Below the pieces are notes generated by a model. It did not search any database and was not told the DNA's origin. It was given only the letters and a program-made list of their open reading frames with translations. A stretch of DNA of 32,000 nt from Mesorhizobium sp. (GTDB taxonomy: Bacteria > Pseudomonadota > Alphaproteobacteria > Rhizobiales > Rhizobiaceae): assembly GCA_027492275.1 (NCBI GenBank), contig JAPUFC010000093.1, forward strand, positions 1 through 32,000. Direction: 5' to 3'. The position numbers were made by a program, and so were the translations under genes. Below are positions 8,028 through 16,493 of the stretch, one piece after another (the stretch's first letter is position 1; the number at the start of each line of letters is the position of its first letter).

Positions 8028-9221
8028 ATGGGAAACCTGCGCGGCAAATACGCGATCGTCGGCATCGGCGAGACCAAGAGCGGAAAGCTGCCGGGCGTCA
8101 GCACGCTGGCGCTCCACACCGAGGCCGTGAAGCGCGCGATGGACGATGCGGGGCTTCGTCCCGACGAGATCGACGGCATGCTGGACAACCAGCCCCTGCA
8201 CGACCCTTTCCGCAACTATTCCATCGTCGTCGCTCATGCGCTGGGGATCAGCCCGACCTACAGCACCGACCTCGCGCTCGGCGGCGCGACACCGGTGCAG
8301 ATGGCCCAGCATGCCGCGATGGCGATCGACGCCGGCCTGGCGACGGCGGTGGCGTGCGTCCACGCCCGCAATTCGGCGTCGCTGCATCTGTTGCCGAAGA
8401 ACGGCGTCGGGTGCACGCGCGCCTATCATGGCGGCGTGCGCGACGGGGCGGATGATTTCGAGGATCCGTTCGGCCTGATGGCCGGTCCCGGCACGCATGC
8501 GTTCCTCGCGTCGCGCCATATGCATGATTTCGGCACGACCTCGGAGGATCTGGGGCAGATCGCGGTCTCGGCGCGCAGGCACGCCAATCTGAACCGAAGC
8601 GCGACCATGTACGCCAAGCCGCTGACGATCGAGGACCACCAGAGGTCGCGCTTCATCTCCGAGCCGCTGCGCCTCCTGGACTGCTCGCTCGTTTCCGACG
8701 GCGGCGGGGCGTTCATCGTCGTGTCCGCCGAGCGGGCGAAGGACCTGAAGAAAAAGCCCGTCTATATCCATGGCATGGGAAACCATCAGCCGTTTTCCAG
8801 CCTGAACGACGCCGAAAGCCTGACGACGCTGGGCGGCAAGGTGTCGTCGGACATGGCCTACCGCATGGCCGGCCTGGGTCCGAAGGACATGGATTTCGCC
8901 GAGCTCTACGACTGCTTCACGATCACCACGCTGATCACGCTGGAGGACTATGGGTTCTGTCCCAAGGGCGAGGGCGGGCGCTGGATCCAGGGCGGCCGGA
9001 TCGAGATAGGCGGCGAGCTGCCGGTCAACACGCATGGCGGTCTGCTGTCCCATGCGCATCTCGAGGGCGTGGCCCACATCACGGAGGCCGTGAAGCAGTT
9101 GCGCGGGGGAGAGGTCGAACCGGAGCGCCAGGTGGCCGATGCGAAGGTCGGCATCGTCAGCGGACATGGTGGCTACGCATCGACCCACACCACCATCATC
9201 CTCAGCAACGAGCAGGCGTAG
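8028..9221 (+). CDS. Thiolase-superfamily protein of the SCP-x/lipid-transfer (Ltp) type, apparently lacking the nucleophilic cysteine
   Basis: Start at ATG 8028, 7 nt after GGGAG; the ORF track extends it to 7956. KYAIVGIGETKSG..., ELYDCFTITTLITLEDYGFCPKGEGG, VNTHGGLLSHAHLEG are typical of SCP2-type thiolases. The nucleophile loop reads DLALGGATPVQM, with no Cys. Confidence 0.85.
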   Translation: MGNLRGKYAIVGIGETKSGKLPGVSTLALHTEAVKRAMDDAGLRPDEIDGMLDNQPLHDPFRNYSIVVAHALGISPTYSTDLALGGATPVQMAQHAAMAIDAGLATAVACVHARNSASLHLLPKNGVGCTRAYHGGVRDGADDFEDPFGLMAGPGTHAFLASRHMHDFGTTSEDLGQIAVSARRHANLNRSATMYAKPLTIEDHQRSRFISEPLRLLDCSLVSDGGGAFIVVSAERAKDLKKKPVYIHGMGNHQPFSSLNDAESLTTLGGKVSSDMAYRMAGLGPKDMDFAELYDCFTITTLITLEDYGFCPKGEGGRWIQGGRIEIGGELPVNTHGGLLSHAHLEGVAHITEAVKQLRGGEVEPERQVADAKVGIVSGHGGYASTHTTIILSNEQA

Positions 9222-9230
9222 GAGGGCGGC

Positions 9231-9659
9231 ATGGACGCTTCGAGCGAGACCGGGTATCGCAAACCCCTTCCGGAGATGGAGCCCGAGGAAAAGCCCTTCT
9301 GGGAAAGCCTCAGGCAGCACCGGATGAAGATCCAGCACTGCGAGGACTGCGGGAAATGGTGTTTCCTGCCGCGCACCATGTGCCCGCACTGCCTGTCGAC
9401 GAAGCTGGAGTGGAAGCCGGTCAGCGGACGGGGCAGGATCTTTGCGACGACGACGCAGCATCATCCCCCGTCGCCGGCTTTCGCCCAGGACGTTCCCTAC
9501 AACATCTCCCTGGTGGAGCTGGACGAGGGCGTGCGCATGATCACCAATGTGATCGGCTGCCCGGTCGAAAGCATCAAGATCGGCATGGCCGTGAACGTGG
9601 TCTATGACGACGTGACCGAGGATGTGACGCTGGCCAAGTTCAGGCCGGCAGGGGTCTAG
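9231..9659 (+). CDS. DUF35 OB-fold/zinc-ribbon protein (thiolase/aldolase partner, BbsA/ChsH2-DUF35-like)
   Basis: 142 aa. Four-Cys ribbon HCEDCGKWCFLPRTMCPHC, followed by an OB-fold-like part (GRIFATTT...ISLVELDEGVRMITNV). It starts 9 nt after the thiolase-like gene. Confidence 0.85.
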   Translation: MDASSETGYRKPLPEMEPEEKPFWESLRQHRMKIQHCEDCGKWCFLPRTMCPHCLSTKLEWKPVSGRGRIFATTTQHHPPSPAFAQDVPYNISLVELDEGVRMITNVIGCPVESIKIGMAVNVVYDDVTEDVTLAKFRPAGV

Positions 9660-9706
9660 TTGCCATCGGCGATCGCGATACGCTCAAAGCACGGGAGGAA
9701 GAGCAA

Positions 9707-10513
9707 GTGGCATCCAGCGCGGATCACGGGGCCGGTTTCGACGAGTTGATCTTCGAGGTCGCGGACGGCGTCGCGGTGATGACGATGAACCGCCCCAAGG
9801 CGCTGAACGCGCGGAACCGCAAGCTCCGTCGCGAACTCATCCGCGCCTGTGAGATCGTCGAGAAGTCGCCGGAGATCGTGGTCGGCGTTCTGACCGGTTC
9901 GGGCGAAAAGTCCTTCAGCGTCGGCCTCGACCTCAAGGAAGCGGCCGACGAGAGCTATGATCCCGTGACGTCGCGCTGGTCGATCGCGGACTCCGACGCC
10001 TCGGCGCTCGAGGCCGTGACCAAGCCGATGATCGCCGCGGTCAACGGCTACGCGCTCGGCGGCGGACTCGAGATCGCCCTGTGCTGCGACATGCGCGTCG
10101 CGGCGGACAATGCGGTGTTCGGATTTCCCGAGGCGTTGCGCGGCATCATGCCCGGAAGCGGCGGCACGCAGCGGCTGCCGCGGATCGTGGGGGTGACGGC
10201 GGCGATGGAGCTGCTGATGACGGGCGAGAGCATTTCGGCCGCGGACGCCGAGAGGATCGGCCTCGTCAGCCAGGTCGTCCCGCCGGCGGCGTTGCGGGAA
10301 ACCGCGATCGGGATGGCGCGACGCATCGCGCGCGGCGCGCCGGCGGCCACGCGCATGATCAAGGAAGCCGTGCTCAAGGGAATGGACATGCCTCTTGCGC
10401 AAGGCCTCGCCGTCGAGCGGGATCTGTCGAACCTGCTCTTTCTGACGCAGGACGCCCAGGAAGGGATGCGCGCTTTCGCCGAAAAGCGGCCTCCGGTCTG
10501 GCGCGGCCGATAG
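9707..10513 (+). CDS. Enoyl-CoA hydratase/isomerase (crotonase family)
   Basis: 268 aa with a GTG start after GGGAGGAAG. Both catalytic-Glu contexts are present: GYALGGGLEIALCCD and FGFPEALRGIMPGSGGTQRLPR. Confidence 0.9.
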   Translation: MASSADHGAGFDELIFEVADGVAVMTMNRPKALNARNRKLRRELIRACEIVEKSPEIVVGVLTGSGEKSFSVGLDLKEAADESYDPVTSRWSIADSDASALEAVTKPMIAAVNGYALGGGLEIALCCDMRVAADNAVFGFPEALRGIMPGSGGTQRLPRIVGVTAAMELLMTGESISAADAERIGLVSQVVPPAALRETAIGMARRIARGAPAATRMIKEAVLKGMDMPLAQGLAVERDLSNLLFLTQDAQEGMRAFAEKRPPVWRGR

Positions 10514-10534
10514 CCGGGGCGACAGGAGAGCGCC

Positions 10535-11728
10535 ATGTCTGCGAGACCGCGGCCCCATTCAGGCACTGCCGACGAAGAGGCGACGGCCGCGCCGCCCCTG
10601 AAGGGCATACGCGTGGTCGAGCTGACGACCGTCGTGACCGGCCCTTATGCCGGCATGATGCTCGCCGACCTCGGGGCCGACGTCGTCAAGGTCGAGCAGC
10701 CCGATGGCGGCGATCCCTTTCGCAGTTTCCAGGGCGGGCATTACGGCGCATATTTCTGCGCCTACAACCGCAACAAGCGCAGCATGACCCTGGATCTGCG
10801 CACGGAGGCCGGAGCTGCGGCGATCCGGGAGCTGATCGCGACGGCGGACGTCCTGCTGGACAACATGCGGCCCGGCGCGCTCGACCGGCTCGGCCTCGGC
10901 GACGCGGATATAAGCAGCCTCAACCCCGGCCTGATCCACTGCTCGATCACCGGCTTCGGTCCCGACGGTCCCTATGGCGCGAAGCCGGCCTACGATGCCG
11001 TCGCCCAGGCGCTCAGCGGCATGTCGAGCATGTTCTTCGATCCCGGCGACCCGCAGGTGTCCGGGCCGACCATCGCCGACAACGTGACCGCCCACAATGC
11101 CTGCCAGGCCGTCCTGGCCGCCCTGCTGGCGCGGGAGCGCGGCCAGCCTGCGCGCCGCATTCAGATCAACATGGTCGATGCCACGATCGCCTTCATGCCC
11201 GACATGTTCGGCGTCTGGTACAAGGACGGGCTCCTGCCGGGCGTCACCTCCCGGGCGCGTTACTCCCAGAGCTTCGCCTTTACTTGCAGCGACGACAAAA
11301 TGATCGCGCTGCATCTGTCGTCGCAGGACAAGTTCTGGAATATCTTCGTGGATGCTATCGAACGGCCGGATCTGTCCGCCGATCCGCGATTCTGCGACCG
11401 CAAGCTGCGCATCCAGAACTACGAAGAGCTCAGGAAGGCGCTGACCCCGATATTCCGGAGTCGCAGCCGGCCGGAATGGCTGGATTTCTTCGCCAGGATC
11501 GACGTGCCGATCGCCCCTGTCTATTCCATGGCCGAAGTCGCCGAGGACGCGCATGTCAAGCATCTTGGCACGTTCGTCACGGTTACGCACCCGCAGGAAG
11601 GGCCGCTGACGACGATCCGCCGTCCCATCTGGTTCGACGGTTCGAGGGACGACCAGCCGATGGCGCCGCCGCCGGCGTTGGGCGAGCACACCGAAGAAAT
11701 ACTGGCCGAGCTGCGGCTGAAGAAGTAG
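10535..11728 (+). CDS. Family III CoA-transferase (CaiB/BaiF/Frc-like)
   Basis: 397 aa. The N-terminal PLKGIRVVELTTVVTGPYAGMMLADLGADVVKVEQPDGGDPFR is the hallmark of family III CoA-transferases. Confidence 0.9.
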   Translation: MSARPRPHSGTADEEATAAPPLKGIRVVELTTVVTGPYAGMMLADLGADVVKVEQPDGGDPFRSFQGGHYGAYFCAYNRNKRSMTLDLRTEAGAAAIRELIATADVLLDNMRPGALDRLGLGDADISSLNPGLIHCSITGFGPDGPYGAKPAYDAVAQALSGMSSMFFDPGDPQVSGPTIADNVTAHNACQAVLAALLARERGQPARRIQINMVDATIAFMPDMFGVWYKDGLLPGVTSRARYSQSFAFTCSDDKMIALHLSSQDKFWNIFVDAIERPDLSADPRFCDRKLRIQNYEELRKALTPIFRSRSRPEWLDFFARIDVPIAPVYSMAEVAEDAHVKHLGTFVTVTHPQEGPLTTIRRPIWFDGSRDDQPMAPPPALGEHTEEILAELRLKK

Positions 11729-11803
11729 TTCGCGCCGGCGGGATGAAGACAGGCCTCGAAACGGGACTTGAGGCGGCGCGAGTCCAACCGATCGCGGTGC
11801 GAT

Positions 11804-12475
11804 CTACAATTGGCGCGGCCTGGCATCGCCGCCGCTCATCCCGCGAACCGTGTCTTCCGATGTTCCGGTGGGGCGCAGCTCGAAGATGTCGGTGACGGAA
11901 GTATAGTCCAGGTAACCCATCCGCGCCAGGGGCCGGATCTTCAGCATATCGATCTTTCCGTCGTCTCCGATGACGTCGTCGTCGATGTGGATTCCCACGA
12001 CGCGCCCGATGACGACGGAGTTGAAGAGCGTCCTGGTGTCGGAAGGCAGGACGATCGTCTGGTAATGCTTGCATTCCAGGCTGATCGGACATTGCTTGAC
12101 GCGGGGCGGCCTCACCAGGCGGCACGGCTCGGCGGTCAATCCGGCTTCCGCCATCTCGTCGACCCCCGATTCCTCGATCATGCTGGTATGGATGATCGCG
12201 TCCCTCAGGGCATAGGTCGCTATGTTGAAGACGAATTCGCCGGAAGACTCCGCATTGGCGACACTGTCGCCCCGGCGTCCGTCCCAGCGCGTGTTGGCCG
12301 AGAACATGACATAGGGCGGGTCCCAGCCCAGGATGTTGCTTTGGCTGAAGGGGGCGAGGTTGACGACATCGTCGCGGTTCACCGTCGAGATCCAGGCGAT
12401 CGGACGGGGCACGACACAGGATTTGAAGGGGTTGAAAGGCAGCCCGTGATTGTTTTTGGCCGGTTCGTAGAACAT
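11804..12475 (-). CDS. Flavin reductase-like FMN-binding domain protein
   Basis: 223 aa. FKSCVVPRPIAWISTVNRDDVVNLAPFSQSNILGWDPPYVMFSAN matches the flavin_reduct family. Confidence 0.8.
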   Translation of the reverse strand: MFYEPAKNNHGLPFNPFKSCVVPRPIAWISTVNRDDVVNLAPFSQSNILGWDPPYVMFSANTRWDGRRGDSVANAESSGEFVFNIATYALRDAIIHTSMIEESGVDEMAEAGLTAEPCRLVRPPRVKQCPISLECKHYQTIVLPSDTRTLFNSVVIGRVVGIHIDDDVIGDDGKIDMLKIRPLARMGYLDYTSVTDIFELRPTGTSEDTVRGMSGGDARPRQL

Positions 12476-12517
12476 GATGCTTGACCCGCTATTTTTGGTT
12501 TGACCTCGCCCGCTGAT

Positions 12518-12568
12518 ACATATTATATGTCAGTTTAATAGCAACAATAAAAAGCTAAAAAACTTAGC
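12518..12568. promoter_or_regulatory. Divergent promoter region with a palindrome and an AGCTAA/TTAGC inverted repeat
   Basis: ACATAT-t-ATATGT perfect palindrome at 12518-12530. GCAACAA at 12541-12547. GCTAA (12554-12558), 5 nt, TTAGC (12564-12568). The whole 12476-12598 gap is strongly AT-rich. Confidence 0.3.
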
Positions 12569-12598
12569 ATTAAACAGGGGCACACGACGGAGGTTGGA

Positions 12599-13657
12599 AT
12601 GGCAGACGAAACCGCATTTTCACTCAACAAGCGCGAATTCCTGACGGGCATGGTGGCGGCCGGCGCCGCGGCCATGGTGCCGGCGGCTGCGTTCGGGGCG
12701 GACGACCGCCTCGTCTTCGCGAATTACGGCGGGTCCTGGGAGCAGGCCATGCGGAAGGCCTGGATGGATCCCTTCACCAAGGAAACCGGTATCCAGGTGG
12801 TCAGCGCGAGCGGCAACACGCTCGGACGCATGCAGGCCATGGTGGAGGCCGGCAAGGTCGAGTGGGACCTCGTCGAGGGCACGCCCGACCTGGCCAGCGT
12901 CGGAATCCAGAAGGGCCTTCTGGAGCCGCTGGACTTCAAGGTGATCGACCGCAGCCTCATGCTCGACAGGCCGGAGTTCCGCTCCGACTACATGGTGCCG
13001 GGCGTCATTCTGGGGCGGCTTCTGGTCGTCAACCAGAAGCTCGGCCCGGTGCCGCCGGAATGGCCCTCGCTGTTCGACGTCGCGCGGTTCCCGGGCAAGA
13101 GGGCGTTCTGGACGAAGGCCGACAGCGGCCTGCTGGAAATCGCCCTGATGGCCGACGGCGTTCCCGCCGACAAGCTTTATCCGCTGGATCTGCCGCGCGC
13201 GTTCAAGAAGCTCGATACGATCAAGAAGGATATACTTTGGTTCGAGACAGTCACCCAGAGCGAGCAGTTCATGCGCGACGGCCAGGCCGTCATGGGCCTG
13301 CTTGCCGACGGCCGCGCCTACAATGTGAAGAACAGCGGCGGCCCGGTCGAGATCCTGCCGGAGGCGTCCATCCTGCTGTGGTCCGTCCTCGTCGTGCCCA
13401 AGGGCGCGCCGAACAAGCAGGCGGCGATGAGGTTCCTCTCCTACATCTACACGGTGAAGGCCCAGACCGCGATCGCCATGGAGTACAATTATGGTCCGAT
13501 CATGCAGAAGGCGATTGACCAACTGCCTCCCGAGCGCGTGGCGCTCATCTCCGGCGGGCCGTCGACGAAGGGGAAGGGCGTCTTCCTGAACAGCGCGTGG
13601 TGGAACGAGAACCTCGAGCGTGTGACCGAACAGTTCCTCAACTGGCGGCTCGGCTGA
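12599..13657 (+). CDS. ABC transporter periplasmic substrate-binding protein, PotD/PotF-like (family 1)
   Basis: 352 aa. Signal-like N-terminus KREFLTGMVAAGAAAMVPAAAFG, then LVFANYGGSWEQAMRKAW. GGAGG ribosome-binding site. First gene of a 4-gene transporter operon. Confidence 0.85.
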   Translation: MADETAFSLNKREFLTGMVAAGAAAMVPAAAFGADDRLVFANYGGSWEQAMRKAWMDPFTKETGIQVVSASGNTLGRMQAMVEAGKVEWDLVEGTPDLASVGIQKGLLEPLDFKVIDRSLMLDRPEFRSDYMVPGVILGRLLVVNQKLGPVPPEWPSLFDVARFPGKRAFWTKADSGLLEIALMADGVPADKLYPLDLPRAFKKLDTIKKDILWFETVTQSEQFMRDGQAVMGLLADGRAYNVKNSGGPVEILPEASILLWSVLVVPKGAPNKQAAMRFLSYIYTVKAQTAIAMEYNYGPIMQKAIDQLPPERVALISGGPSTKGKGVFLNSAWWNENLERVTEQFLNWRLG

Positions 13658-13678
13658 CAGGGCTTTCGGGGGCAAGCC

Positions 13679-14524
13679 ATGCCTTACTCGCGTCACCAGG
13701 GCCTGGTAACGTTCGCGTTTCTTGCGCCTGCGATCATTCTGCTGGTGGCGGTACTGATATGGCCCGTTCTTGATCTTGTCGGCAGAAGCTTTCAAGATCC
13801 GGGCGGGCCGTTCGTTCTCTACGCCCGGCTGCTCGAAGTGCCGATCTATCTTCGGGTTCTCGCCCGGACTCTGCTGTTCAGCGTCGCGACGTCGCTGGTT
13901 TGCCTGGTTCTCGGCTATCCGGTCGCCTACGCGCTTGCGAGGGCCAGGCCGCTGGCGCGGGCGATCATCCTCGTCTGCATCCTCCTGCCGTTCTGGACCA
14001 ACCTTCTGGTGCGCACCTACGGCTGGATCCTGATCCTGAACCCGCAGGGCATCGTCAACACCGTGCTGCTCCAGCTCGGCATCATCTCGGCGCCGCTTGA
14101 TATCGTCTACAATTTCCTGGGAGCGTTGATCGGCATGTCGCAGATCATGCTGCCTTACCTGATCCTCCCGGTCTATTCGGTCATGGTGAAGCTCGACCCG
14201 CAGCTCGCGAACGCGGCGCGTACGCTGGGCGCCGGACCGGTGAGGACATTCGTCAGCATCTACTTCCCGCTGACATTGCCCGGCGTCATGGCGGGCCTGC
14301 TTCTCGTCTTCACCATCAGCCTCGGCTTCTTTGTCATACCGGCGATCCTGGGAGGATCGGGAGGGCTGTTGCTCGCGCAGCTCATCGAGTTCAACGTCAA
14401 CACCTCGTTGAACTGGGGAATGGCGTCGGCGCTGTCCACCACTCTCCTGGCGGCGACGCTGCTTCTGTACATGATCGGCGACCGCTGGTTGAATCTTGGC
14501 GCCATATGGGGGCTGCGTCGATGA
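13679..14524 (+). CDS. ABC transporter permease (PotB-like)
   Basis: 281 aa, multiple hydrophobic spans. EAA-type loop LANAARTLGAGPVRTFVSIYFPLTLPG. Confidence 0.85.
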   Translation: MPYSRHQGLVTFAFLAPAIILLVAVLIWPVLDLVGRSFQDPGGPFVLYARLLEVPIYLRVLARTLLFSVATSLVCLVLGYPVAYALARARPLARAIILVCILLPFWTNLLVRTYGWILILNPQGIVNTVLLQLGIISAPLDIVYNFLGALIGMSQIMLPYLILPVYSVMVKLDPQLANAARTLGAGPVRTFVSIYFPLTLPGVMAGLLLVFTISLGFFVIPAILGGSGGLLLAQLIEFNVNTSLNWGMASALSTTLLAATLLLYMIGDRWLNLGAIWGLRR

Positions 14525-15342
14525 TGCACTCTGGTCTTGCCGGGCGTCTGTTCGGCGCCGTCGTCGTCGCGATCTGTGCTTACCTCATCTTGCCGACTCT
14601 GGTGGTTGTTCCCGTCTCGTTTACGGAGACGAGCTTCATCGTTTTCCCGCCCAAGGGCTTCTCGCTGCGATGGTACGCCGAGTTCCTCAGCGATCCGGCC
14701 TGGCGCAACGCGACGCTGACGAGCATCCTGGTCGCCACGGTCAGCGCGATCTGCGCGACGTCGGTCGGAACCCTGGCCGCGTTCGGGCTCAACCGGCTTT
14801 CCGGCGTGCTGGCGCGCGCCGCGATCTGGCTGCTGCTGCTGCCGATGCTCGTGCCGAGCATCATCCTGGCCGTGGGCTTCTACGGCGTGCTCGCGCGGTT
14901 CGGCATCGTCGGCACCAAGTTCGGGCTTATCGTCACGCACACCGTGCTGGCCATTCCCTTCGTCGTGATCACCGTGTCGGCGACGATCCAGAAGCTGGAC
15001 TGGCGCATCGTCGATGCCGCCCGCAGCCTCGGCGCGGGTCCCGTGACCGCGTTCTGGAAGATCACGGTCCCGGCTATACTTCCGGGAATACTGGCCGGAG
15101 CGACCTTCGCCTTCCTGACGAGCTTCGACGAGATCGTGGTGGCGTTCTTCGTCAGCGGCGTCAACTCGGTCACCCTGCCGGTTCAGATGTGGAACGGCAT
15201 CCGTTTCGAGATCAGCCCGGCGGTGGCGGCTGCGTCCTCGATCCTGCTGGCGCTTTCGCTTGTCGTCGTGTTTTTCGTTTCGGTTATGCGGCGGCGCGAG
15301 GAAACCAATGCGCGCCGGCCGGCGGAAATCGGTCATCTTTGA
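14521..15342 (+). CDS. ABC transporter permease (PotC-like)
   Basis: The start ATG 14521 overlaps the upstream TGA (ATGA); the ORF track extends it to 14506. EAA-type loop IVDAARSLGAGPVTAFWKITVPAILPG. Confidence 0.85.
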   Translation: MMHSGLAGRLFGAVVVAICAYLILPTLVVVPVSFTETSFIVFPPKGFSLRWYAEFLSDPAWRNATLTSILVATVSAICATSVGTLAAFGLNRLSGVLARAAIWLLLLPMLVPSIILAVGFYGVLARFGIVGTKFGLIVTHTVLAIPFVVITVSATIQKLDWRIVDAARSLGAGPVTAFWKITVPAILPGILAGATFAFLTSFDEIVVAFFVSGVNSVTLPVQMWNGIRFEISPAVAAASSILLALSLVVVFFVSVMRRREETNARRPAEIGHL

Positions 15343-15356
15343 GGACATTTGCCGCG

Positions 15357-16445
15357 ATGAAGCTTGGTGCCTCCATCGAAATACAGGGTCTGAAGAAGAC
15401 CTACGGCCCGCTGACCGTTGTCGACCGGATATCCCTGTCGGTCGCGCCGGGCGAGTTCATCTCCCTGCTGGGCTCGAGCGGGTCCGGCAAGACCACGACC
15501 CTGATGATGGTCGCGGGGCTCACCATGCCCGACGCGGGAGAGATCGTCATCGGCGGCCGGGAGATTTCGCGCCTGCCGCCGGAAAAGCGCGCGCTTGGGG
15601 TGGTCTTCCAGAGCTATGCGCTTTTCCCGCACTATACTGTCTTCAACAATGTCGCTTTTCCGCTGAGGCTGCGGAAAGTCGCCGAGGCGGACATCAAGAG
15701 GCAGGTGCAGGAGGTTCTCGACAAGGTCGGCCTTTCGGCCCTGGGCGGCCGGAAGATCGGGCAACTGTCGGGTGGCCAGCAGCAGCGTGTCGCCCTTGCC
15801 CGGGCGATCGTGTTCTCGCCTCCGGTCCTGTTGATGGACGAGCCGCTCGGCGCGCTGGATCGAAAGCTTCGCGACCAGTTGCAGACCGAGATCAAGCGCA
15901 TCCAGCGCGATCTCGGCGTGACGGTGATCTACGTGACGCACGACCAGGAAGAGGCGCTGGCGCTTTCCGATCGCATCGCCGTCATGAAGGACGGCCGCAT
16001 CGACCAGATCGGAACGCCGGATGAAATCTACGAAAAGCCGGGCTCTCCCTTCATCGCCGGCTTTCTCGGCGAGTCGAATTTCATCGATGTCACGCGCGGC
16101 AGGAATGCCGGGGACGATGCCCAGGTGGTCTGCGTCGCCGACCTGGCGAGGAGCTTCGTCGGCCGCCTGGCGAACGACGCCGCGCGCGCGACGGATCTTG
16201 TCGCCGTCATTCGTCCGGAGGCGATCGAGATCGCAGGCGACGGGACCCGGCTCGACAATCAGATAGAAGGCGTCGTCGAGCAGCGTGATTTCATGGGGGC
16301 GACGATCAGGATCGCTGTCCGGTGCAGTCTCGGCAAACTCGTCGTCCGCGTGTCCCGGCTTCATCTGGCGACGAATTGCGCGATCGGTCGCCCGGTTTCC
16401 CTGACCTGGCGTTCGAGGGACATGCTTCTCTTTCCCAGGACGTGA
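15357..16445 (+). CDS. ABC transporter ATP-binding protein (PotA-like)
   Basis: Real start MKLGASIEIQGLKK at 15357, inside the long ORF 14496..16445. Walker A GSSGSGKTT, signature LSGGQQQRVALARA, Walker B LLMDEPLGALD. Confidence 0.9.
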   Translation: MKLGASIEIQGLKKTYGPLTVVDRISLSVAPGEFISLLGSSGSGKTTTLMMVAGLTMPDAGEIVIGGREISRLPPEKRALGVVFQSYALFPHYTVFNNVAFPLRLRKVAEADIKRQVQEVLDKVGLSALGGRKIGQLSGGQQQRVALARAIVFSPPVLLMDEPLGALDRKLRDQLQTEIKRIQRDLGVTVIYVTHDQEEALALSDRIAVMKDGRIDQIGTPDEIYEKPGSPFIAGFLGESNFIDVTRGRNAGDDAQVVCVADLARSFVGRLANDAARATDLVAVIRPEAIEIAGDGTRLDNQIEGVVEQRDFMGATIRIAVRCSLGKLVVRVSRLHLATNCAIGRPVSLTWRSRDMLLFPRT

Positions 16446-16493
16446 GATCGAGACGGCGGCCGAGGAAGCCTGCCGGGGTATGGTCCGATCGCG

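Noticed and set aside
10081-11895. 604-aa plus-strand ORF spanning the end of the crotonase gene and the whole CoA-transferase gene in another frame. Similar same-strand alternative-frame ORFs occur elsewhere, for example 183-536, 4436-5191 and 24041-25240.
   Set aside because: It is Arg/Pro/Gly-rich nonsense sequence. The overlapping frames carry the canonical crotonase and family III CoA-transferase motifs.
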